This document shows positions 11,042-17,161 of a stretch of 17,161 nucleotides of DNA, piece by piece. The DNA is taken from assembly GCA_963762145.1 (NCBI GenBank), contig CAVXJS010000025.1, positions 1 through 17,161 on the forward strand, given 5' to 3'. Made by a program: the position numbers and the translations under genes. Every line of letters starts with the position of its first letter. Within the stretch, counting starts at the first letter, position 1. This DNA is from an uncultured Candidatus Rokubacteria bacterium (GTDB lineage: Bacteria; Methylomirabilota; Methylomirabilia; Rokubacteriales; CSP1-6). The notes below the pieces were generated by a model that saw nothing but the letters and a program-made list of their open reading frames with translations, did no database searches and was not told the origin of the DNA.

Positions 11042-11889
11042 GGGGCGAGCTGGCGAAGGGCGGCGCGGTGGGTGTTGCGCATGAGCATCGCGATGGTCAT
11101 GGGGCCGACGCCGCCGGGGACCGGGGTGATGGCCTGCGCCTTCGGGGCCACGGAGGCGAAATCCACGTCGCCCGCGAGCTTCCCGGTGGGCAGGCGGTTC
11201 ACGCCCACGTCGATCACGACCACGCCCTCGCGCACCATGTCACCGGTGACCACGCCGGTCTTCCCGGCCGCGACGCAGAGGATGTCGGCGCGCCGGCAGT
11301 GCGCGGCCAGGTCCCGCGTCCGCGTGTGGCACATGGTGACGGTGGCGTGGCGCGCGAGCAGGAGCTGCGCGAGCGGCTTGCCCACCAGGCGCGAGCGGCC
11401 GATCACCACCACCTCCGCGCCCTCGATCGGGATCCGGTAGTGGTCGAGGATCTCGACGCAGCCGGCCGGCGTGCACGGGATCGCCCCCGGCTTGCCGCCG
11501 AGCAGGTTGCCCAGGTTCATCGGATGCAGGCCGTCGGCGTCCTTCTCGGGGGCGATCGCGGCCACCGCGGCGTCCTCGTCCATGCCCTTGGGCAGCGGGA
11601 GCTGGAGGAGGATCCCGTGGACGGACGGGTCGCGGTTGATCCCCGCGATGGTCGCGAGCAGCTCGGCCTGCGAGCAGCCCTGGGGGAACAGGTAGTCGCG
11701 GGTGGTGATGCCCACCTCGTCGGCCGCGCGCTTCTTGTTGCGCACGTAGATCTGGGAGGCGGGGTCCTCGCCGACCAGGATGACCGCGAGCGTGGGGTGC
11801 TGGCCGGTCTTTTCCCGGAGAGCCGCGACATTGGCCTTCACCTCGGCCAGGACCTTCGCCGCGACTTCCTTGCCGCTGAGGATCAGCAC
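11038..11889 (-). CDS. folD: Bifunctional methylenetetrahydrofolate dehydrogenase/cyclohydrolase
   Basis: 'LAVILVGEDPASQIYVRNK', 'HGILLQLPLP', 'KDADGLHP', 'PCTPAG', 'GRSRLVGKP', 'ITPVPGGVGPMTIAMLMRN'. Start placed at GTG 11889, just after the upstream stop. Confidence 0.96.
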   Translation of the reverse strand: MLILSGKEVAAKVLAEVKANVAALREKTGQHPTLAVILVGEDPASQIYVRNKKRAADEVGITTRDYLFPQGCSQAELLATIAGINRDPSVHGILLQLPLPKGMDEDAAVAAIAPEKDADGLHPMNLGNLLGGKPGAIPCTPAGCVEILDHYRIPIEGAEVVVIGRSRLVGKPLAQLLLARHATVTMCHTRTRDLAAHCRRADILCVAAGKTGVVTGDMVREGVVVIDVGVNRLPTGKLAGDVDFASVAPKAQAITPVPGGVGPMTIAMLMRNTHRAALRQLAP

Positions 11890-11896
11890 GACGGCG

Positions 11897-12691
11897 TCAG
11901 CCGGCGAGAGGGACGCGCAAACGCTCGATGGACAGCCCGCGACCGGTTTCGGGATCGATGCGGACCACCACGCCCTGGAGCATGGCCGGACCCTTGGCGG
12001 GCTCGAACCGGTTCGGCATCCCCGAGATGAAGCGGGCGAGGGCCAGCTCGGGCTCGACACCGATGACCGAGTCCGTCGGGCCGGTGAGCCCGAGATCCGT
12101 GATGTAGGCGGTGCCCTTGGGCAGGAGCCGCTCGTCCGCGGTCTGCACGTGGCGGTGCGTGCCGACCACCACGCTGACGCGCCCGTCGAGATGCCAGCCC
12201 ATGGCCTGCGACTCGGACGTCGCCTCCGCGTGCATGTCCACCACGATGATCGATGTCTCGGCGCGAAGCCGCTCCAGCTCCTCGTCGGCCTTGCGGAAGG
12301 GGCAGTCGAGCTGCGGCAGGAACACGCGACCCATCAGGTTGAGCACCGCGACCTTGTGCGGCCCGGCCTTCACCACGATCGACCCCGCCCCCGGGGTGCC
12401 GGGCGGGTAGTTCGCCGGACGCAGGAGCAGGTTCTCCTTGCCGATGTACTCGATGATCTCCTTCTTGTCCCAGATGTGATTGCCGGAGGTCATCACGTCG
12501 ACGCCCTGCTCGAGGAAGGTCCGCGCGATCAGCGGGGTGACCCCGAAGCCCGACGCCGAGTTCTCCACGTTGACCACCGCGAGGTCGGCCTCGTGCTGCT
12601 TCTTGAGCTTGGGCAGGAGCATCTGCACCGCGCGCCGCCCCGGCTCGCCGAACACGTCGCCCACGCAGATGATGGTGAGCGGCTTGGTCAC
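11897..12691 (-). CDS. ymdB: YmdB-like (TIGR00282) metallophosphoesterase
   Basis: 'VGDVFGEPGR', 'NVENSASGFG', 'TSGNHIWDKKE', 'LRPANYP', 'DMHAEATSE', 'VGTHRHVQTAD'. GTG start overlaps the rny TGA, and the rny-ymdB order is conserved. Confidence 0.92.
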   Translation of the reverse strand: MTKPLTIICVGDVFGEPGRRAVQMLLPKLKKQHEADLAVVNVENSASGFGVTPLIARTFLEQGVDVMTSGNHIWDKKEIIEYIGKENLLLRPANYPPGTPGAGSIVVKAGPHKVAVLNLMGRVFLPQLDCPFRKADEELERLRAETSIIVVDMHAEATSESQAMGWHLDGRVSVVVGTHRHVQTADERLLPKGTAYITDLGLTGPTDSVIGVEPELALARFISGMPNRFEPAKGPAMLQGVVVRIDPETGRGLSIERLRVPLAG

Positions 12692-14328
12692 TTGGCCACC
12701 TCGACCGCGCGGGTCTCGCGGATCACCACGACCTTGATGTGGCCGGGGTACTGCATCTCGGCCTCGATGCGCTTGGAGATGTCCTTGGCGAGCTGGTGGG
12801 CGTCGAGATCGGAGATCTGCTCGGCCTTGGTCATGATCCGCAGCTCGCGGCCGGCCTGGATCGCGTAGCAGAGCTCCACGCCCTTGTAGGACATCGCGAT
12901 CTCTTCCAGCTTCGCCAGCCGCTTGATGTAGCTCTCGAGGACGTCGCGCCGGGCGCCCGGCCGCGCGGCGGAGATGCCGTCGGCGGCCTCGGTGAGGACC
13001 GCCTCGATCGTCTCGGCCTCGACGTTCTCGTGCCCGCAGAGGGCCGCGTTGATCACCTGCGGCGACTCGTTGTACTTGGTGAGCACCTGCAGCGAGAGCT
13101 CGGGATGGCTCCCCTCCTGCTCGTGGGTGAGCGCCTTGCCGATGTCGTGGAGCAGGCCCATCCGCTTGGCGAGCTGCACGTCGGCGCCGATCTCGGCCGC
13201 CATCATGCCGGCCAGCCACGCCACCTCCTTGGAGTGCTGCAGGCAGTTCTGCCCGTACGAGGTGCGGAACTTCATCCGGCCCACCAGCTTGATGAGCTCG
13301 GGGTGGAGCCCGTGCACGCCGACCTCGAAGCAGGCCTTGTCGCCCTCCTCGCGCAGGTGCTGCTCCATGTCCTTCTTGACCTTCTCCACCACCTCTTCGA
13401 TGCGGGCGGGATGGATGCGCCCGTCCGCGATCAGCCGCTGGAGCGCCAGCCGCGCGATCTCCCGGCGGTACGGATCGTAGGCCGAGATCAGCACCGCCTC
13501 CGGGGTGTCGTCCACGATCAGGTCCACGCCGGTGAAGCGCTCGAGCGCCCGGATGTTGCGGCCCTCGCGCCCGATGATGCGGCCCTTCATGTCGTCCGAC
13601 GGCAGGTCCACGATGGACACCGCGGTCTCCACCGTGTAGTCCGGGGCCAGGCGCTGGATCGTGGTGGCCAGCACCTCCTTGGCCTTCATGTGGGCGGTCT
13701 CGCGCGCCTCTTCCTCGAGGCGCATGCCGAGGAGCTGGGCCTCGCGCCGGGATTCGATCTCGACCTGCCCCATGAGCTGGCGCTTGGCCTCCTCGCTGGT
13801 GAGCCCCGCGACGGCCTCCAGCTTGCGGCGCTGCTCCTCGAGCGCGGAGCCCAGGCGGGCCTCCTTGTCGCCGAGGCTGCGCTCGCGCTCACCCAGGGCC
13901 CGCTCGCGATTCTGGAAGTCGGAATCGCGCCGGTCGAGCTGATCCAGCCGGCGGCCGATCTGCTCCTCCTGCTGCGCGACGCGTCGCTCCAGCTCCTGCA
14001 GCTCCCGCTGGCGCACGCGGGATTCCTGGTCCAGCTCGGCGCGCGCCTTCAGCGCCATCTCCTTGGCCTCGAGCTCGACGCTGCGAATCTTGGTCTCGGC
14101 GTCGCGGGCCCGGGCGTCGGCCTCGCGCATCTTGCCCTCGGCGTCGCCGCGCGCCTGCTCGGCCAGCCGCTTCGCCTCGTCCACGATGCGGTTGGCGCGG
14201 CCTTGCGCATCGGCGAGCGTGCGGGCCGCGACGGCGCGGGCTCCGAAGTGTCCCCCGAGATATCCAGCGACGGCGGCGAGGAGGGCGACGACCGGCACCA
14301 CCACCATCAGCCAGGTCATGGCGTTCAT
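12688..14328 (-). CDS. rny: Ribonuclease Y
   Basis: N-terminal TM, long coiled coil, KH 'MKGRIIGREGRNIR', HD 'LLHDIGKA', 'ADGISAARPGARR', 'YAIQAGRELR'. Confidence 0.97.
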   Translation of the reverse strand: MNAMTWLMVVVPVVALLAAVAGYLGGHFGARAVAARTLADAQGRANRIVDEAKRLAEQARGDAEGKMREADARARDAETKIRSVELEAKEMALKARAELDQESRVRQRELQELERRVAQQEEQIGRRLDQLDRRDSDFQNRERALGERERSLGDKEARLGSALEEQRRKLEAVAGLTSEEAKRQLMGQVEIESRREAQLLGMRLEEEARETAHMKAKEVLATTIQRLAPDYTVETAVSIVDLPSDDMKGRIIGREGRNIRALERFTGVDLIVDDTPEAVLISAYDPYRREIARLALQRLIADGRIHPARIEEVVEKVKKDMEQHLREEGDKACFEVGVHGLHPELIKLVGRMKFRTSYGQNCLQHSKEVAWLAGMMAAEIGADVQLAKRMGLLHDIGKALTHEQEGSHPELSLQVLTKYNESPQVINAALCGHENVEAETIEAVLTEAADGISAARPGARRDVLESYIKRLAKLEEIAMSYKGVELCYAIQAGRELRIMTKAEQISDLDAHQLAKDISKRIEAEMQYPGHIKVVVIRETRAVEVAK

Positions 14329-14412
14329 CGATCACTCCATCCCGGGTCGTGACCCGGTCCGGATCATGTGCACTTGAGGTATCGGGCGGCAAATAGCCGC
14401 GAAAGTTGACGA

Positions 14413-14442
14413 ATTATAGGCCCGAGCGAGGAGGAAAGTCAA
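14413..14442 (-). promoter_or_regulatory. Sigma70-type promoter upstream of rny
   Basis: Minus strand TTGACT (14442-14437), 18 bp spacer, TATAAT (14418-14413), in an AT-richer patch. Confidence 0.75.
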
Positions 14443-14473
14443 CGAACCGGGAGAGAGCTACGGAGACGGAAGC

Positions 14474-14650
14474 GCCCCACCTCTGCCGTGTGCCGACGGT
14501 GTTTCGAACCTGGTATTCACCAGGTGGGCGCCAAAATGGAGGGCTTCAGGCTTCCCCTCCTAGGAGGGGCGTGCGCACCACCCTCGTGAGCGGCTCCCAA
14601 TCTTTAAACGAGGTTGAAACTTCCCCCCGGCATCACGTACAGCGTAGGGC
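14474..14650 (-). ncRNA. ssrS: 6S RNA
   Basis: ~177 nt between zapA and rny, the typical ssrS position. The 5' GCCCTAC..CTGT.CGTG.TGCCGG pairs with the 3' TCGGCA.CACG.GCAG..GTGGGGC into a long rod. It has an A/U-rich central bubble, a terminal hairpin CCCCTCCTAGGAGGGG and a CCTGGT/ACCAGG side hairpin. Ends approximate. Confidence 0.85.
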
Positions 14651-14656
14651 CCCTAC

Positions 14657-14686
14657 TGTGTACCCCCGGCCCCGCCGACGGGTCAA
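14657..14686 (-). promoter_or_regulatory. Possible promoter of 6S RNA
   Basis: TTGACC (14686-14681) immediately after the zapA stop, 18 bp spacer, weak -10 TACACA about 7 nt before the predicted RNA start. Confidence 0.4.
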
Positions 14687-14687
14687 G

Positions 14688-14990
14688 CTACTTTTCCGGC
14701 ACGACCGCGTCAAGGAGTTGCCGCAGCGCGCCGAGGCGGGCGGTGACGTCCTTGTGGTCGACGTCCTGATCCTTGCGCTCCTCGCGGAGGCGGAACAGCT
14801 CGTCGGCCACGTCCAGGGCGGTGAGGGCCAGGACCCGGGCGGGATCCCCCCCCGCGGCGTCCCCGCGGATCTCCCGGGCGCGGCCGTCCACGAAGGTCGC
14901 GAGCTTGCGGACGTACTCGGGCGTCGCCTCGCTGCGGATGGGGTACTTCTGGCCCAGGATCTCGATGTCGACCCGCTGCTTCTCCGCCAT
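14688..14990 (-). CDS. zapA: Cell division protein ZapA
   Basis: 'VDIEILGQKYPIRS...EYVRKLATFVDGRAREI...VLALTALDVADELF', upstream of 6S RNA. Confidence 0.92.
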   Translation of the reverse strand: MAEKQRVDIEILGQKYPIRSEATPEYVRKLATFVDGRAREIRGDAAGGDPARVLALTALDVADELFRLREERKDQDVDHKDVTARLGALRQLLDAVVPEK

Positions 14991-15035
14991 GTAAAACCCC
15001 TCTTTTCTGTTCGTACACCTCGCGCCGCCACTGCG

Positions 15036-15119
15036 CCCCCCTCACCCTACCCTCTCCCCCTCCGGGGGCGAGGGCTTCAAAAACCCTCTCCCCTCTGGGG
15101 AGAGGGCAGGGTGAGGGGG
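15036..15119. repeat. Inverted REP pair (15036-15074, 15084-15119)
   Basis: Arms nearly identical to 10532-10619 (same TACCC and GGGGGCGAGGG variants) with a different 9 nt spacer CTTCAAAAA. Confidence 0.9.
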
Positions 15120-15126
15120 CGACCCG

Positions 15127-15372
15127 CTACTGGATGTCGAGCCGGTCCAGCTCCTTGATGATGCCGTCCACCTGGGCCAGCACTTCCTTGCGCTCCTGCC
15201 GCAGGCTCGTGAGCTCAGCGCGCTCCCCTTCGGCGTGCTGCAGCTTGGCCTCGAGACCGGCCACCTTGCCCTGCAGGTTGTCGCGCTCCTTGCGCAGGCG
15301 GGTGATCGTCTCCGCGGCGCGACGCACCGACTTCTCGAGCTGCTCGAGCCGTTCCGTCAGCCCCTCGGCCAT
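15127..15372 (-). CDS. ZapB-like coiled-coil protein (81 aa)
   Basis: 'MAEGLTERLEQLEKSVRRAAETITRLRKERDNL...VLAQVDGIIKELDRL', with a GGAGGA RBS, between pheT and zapA. Confidence 0.8.
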   Translation of the reverse strand: MAEGLTERLEQLEKSVRRAAETITRLRKERDNLQGKVAGLEAKLQHAEGERAELTSLRQERKEVLAQVDGIIKELDRLDIQ

Positions 15373-15383
15373 CCGGTCCTCCG

Positions 15384-17161
15384 TCACGCGCCGCGAACTT
15401 CGGCGCGGAAGCGCTTGGCGATCTCCGCGACGACGCGCTCGTACAGCCGGTTCACCTCGGCGTCGGTGAGGGTGCGATCGGGCGCCTGGAAGGTGAGGCT
15501 CCAGGCGAGACTGCGCCGGCCCGCGCCCACCTGGCCGCCAGTGTACACGTCGAACAGGGTGACGCGCGTGAGCAGGTCGATGGCCAGCGCGCGGATGGCT
15601 GCCTCCACCTCGCCCGCGGTCACCTCGCTGCCCACCACGATCGCCAGGTCGCGCTGGACGGCGGGGAAGCGGGGCAGCGGCTCGTACTTCGCGACCGGGA
15701 TCGGCAGGCCGGCGAGCGCGGTCACCGAGAGCTCGGCCACGAAGACGGGTCCGGGCAGGTCGAACACCTCGCGGGCCGCCAGCGCCACCTCGCCGAACCA
15801 GCCGAGCTCGAGCGAGCCGCGCACCAGGCGGGCCGCGCGCCCGGGCTCGAGGTACGCGGGGGCCTGCTCCGCGGGCCAGACGCTCGTCTCGGCGTCGGTC
15901 ACACCCGCGGCCTGGAGCGCCAGCTCGGCCAGTCCCTTGGCGTCGTAGACGTCGACGCGATCGCGGGCGCCGGTGAACCAGGTGCGGGGCGCGCGCAGAC
16001 CGGTCAGCGCGATGCCGAGGCGGAGGTCCTCGTGCGCGGGCCGATCGCCGTCCTCGGGCCGATGCGGCGCGAAGACATTGCCCACCTCGAAGACCCGGGC
16101 GTCCGGCATCTGCCGGTTCGCGTTGATCGCGAGCACGTCCAGCAGCCCCGGGATCAGCGAGGGGCGCAGCACCGATCGCTCGATCGAGGAGGGGTTCTGC
16201 AGCGTGATCAGGCCGGCGGGATCGTCCCAGCCCATGCGCTTGAGCCGGTCCGGATCGAGGAAGCTCCAGCTCACGCACTCGAAGAGGCCGGCCGCGTTCA
16301 GAGCCCGGCTCATCACGCGCGCCACCCGCAGGCCGGCCGGGCGCTTGACCGGCACGATCTCGCCGCCGCCCGCCCGCGTCAGCGGGATCTGGTCGTAGCC
16401 CCAGATGCGGACGACCTCCTCGACCAGGTCGTCCTCCTGGTACACGTCGCGCCGGAAGCTCGGCACCACCACCTGCAGGTCGTCGCTCGAGTCGTCCACC
16501 GCGAAGCCCAGCGTTTGTAAGATCCGGACGGCGTCCGCGCGCGGCGGGCACGCGCCCACGACCCGCGTCACCCGGTCGAGACGGAGGGTGATACGCCGGT
16601 GCGGGCGCGGATCCGGGTAGACGTCGAGCACGCCGCGGGCCACCGTGCCGCCGCCCAGGTCGGCCATGAGCTGCGCGGCGCGGGCCAGCACGTCGGGCGG
16701 CGCCTCGATATCCCCGCCGCGCTCGAATCGATAGGCGGCGTCGGTCGACAGCCCGAGCGACTTTGATGTCCGCCGGATCGAGCCCGGATCCCAGTAGGCG
16801 GCCTCGAGCAGCACGCTGGTGGTGGACGCGGTCACCTCGCTGTCCGCGCCGCCCATGACGCCGCCGATGCCAACCGCGCGCTCGGGATCGCAGACCAGCG
16901 CGGTGTCGGGGCCGATCGCGCGCTCCTGGCCGTCCAGCGTCTTCATGCGCTCACCGGGCCGGGCGCGCCGCACCACCACCGTGTGCTGGGCCAGCGTGTC
17001 CCGGTCGAAGGCGTGGAGCGGCTGGCCCATCTCCCACATGATGTAGTTCGTCACGTCCACCAGGTTGTTGATGGGCCGCAGCCCTACCGCGCGCAGGCGC
17101 TGGGCCAGCCACGGCGGCGACGGCTTCACGGTCAGCCCGGTGATCACGCGCGCGCAGAAGC
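15384..17161 (-). CDS. pheT: Phenylalanine--tRNA ligase beta subunit (5' part outside window)
   Basis: 'RPINNLVDVTNY', 'GQPLHAFD', 'YRFERG', 'VPSFRRDV...DLVEEVVRIWGYD', 'LRPSLIPGLL', C-terminal FDX-ACB 'FPAVQRDLA...LFDVYTG...RTLTDAEV'. Confidence 0.97.
   Translation of the reverse strand, partial: FCARVITGLTVKPSPPWLAQRLRAVGLRPINNLVDVTNYIMWEMGQPLHAFDRDTLAQHTVVVRRARPGERMKTLDGQERAIGPDTALVCDPERAVGIGGVMGGADSEVTASTTSVLLEAAYWDPGSIRRTSKSLGLSTDAAYRFERGGDIEAPPDVLARAAQLMADLGGGTVARGVLDVYPDPRPHRRITLRLDRVTRVVGACPPRADAVRILQTLGFAVDDSSDDLQVVVPSFRRDVYQEDDLVEEVVRIWGYDQIPLTRAGGGEIVPVKRPAGLRVARVMSRALNAAGLFECVSWSFLDPDRLKRMGWDDPAGLITLQNPSSIERSVLRPSLIPGLLDVLAINANRQMPDARVFEVGNVFAPHRPEDGDRPAHEDLRLGIALTGLRAPRTWFTGARDRVDVYDAKGLAELALQAAGVTDAETSVWPAEQAPAYLEPGRAARLVRGSLELGWFGEVALAAREVFDLPGPVFVAELSVTALAGLPIPVAKYEPLPRFPAVQRDLAIVVGSEVTAGEVEAAIRALAIDLLTRVTLFDVYTGGQVGAGRRSLAWSLTFQAPDRTLTDAEVNRLYERVVAEIAKRFRAEVRGA

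Noticed and set aside
11890-13219. N-terminal extensions of folD (to 12060) and ymdB (to 13219) in the ORF track
   Set aside because: They overlap upstream genes in other frames; family similarity begins at GTG 11889 and GTG 12691.
15036-15119. Repeat hairpins as simple intrinsic terminators
   Set aside because: Most units lack a following U-tract and lie inside a co-directional, translationally coupled operon. A TTTTT in this spacer on the minus strand follows one hairpin but is not shared by other copies.
15373-16551. 474 aa ORF 15127-16551
   Set aside because: Only the last 81 aa (ATG 15372 with GGAGGA) are a plausible protein; the rest is an alternate frame of pheT.

Overview
Very GC-rich bacterial chromosomal window, mostly one long minus-strand housekeeping cluster: pheT (5'-truncated), zapB-like, zapA, 6S RNA, rny, YmdB-like phosphoesterase, folD, DUF559, xseA, xseB, ispA, eno, ftsB and a GT2 glycosyltransferase. 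This cluster converges on a plus-strand FAD monooxygenase. To the left lie a ~1.43 kb IS1202-family-like DDE insertion sequence, an initiator tRNA-Met and three small metabolic genes (proline dehydrogenase, RidA, EthD-like). The IS has a ~17 bp target duplication abutting the -35 box of the tRNA promoter. The most interesting signal is a family of ~35 bp REP-like units (CCCCTCACCC-TG-CCCTCTCCCC-nnn-GGGGAGAGGG; 8 copies at 4 loci). Three copies bracket and are translated into a DUF559 (Vsr-like) endonuclease gene that sits in the folD/xseA junction with ATGA overlaps at both ends. A gene-less pair with the same geometry sits in frame at the start of eno between perfect 25 bp direct repeats that duplicate the start codon. 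Together these suggest a nuclease-associated repeat system that inserts at start/stop junctions without disrupting translation (inference). Single-base frameshifts between ~2.1 and 8.6 kb, including in eno, ispA and ftsB, look like read or assembly errors.
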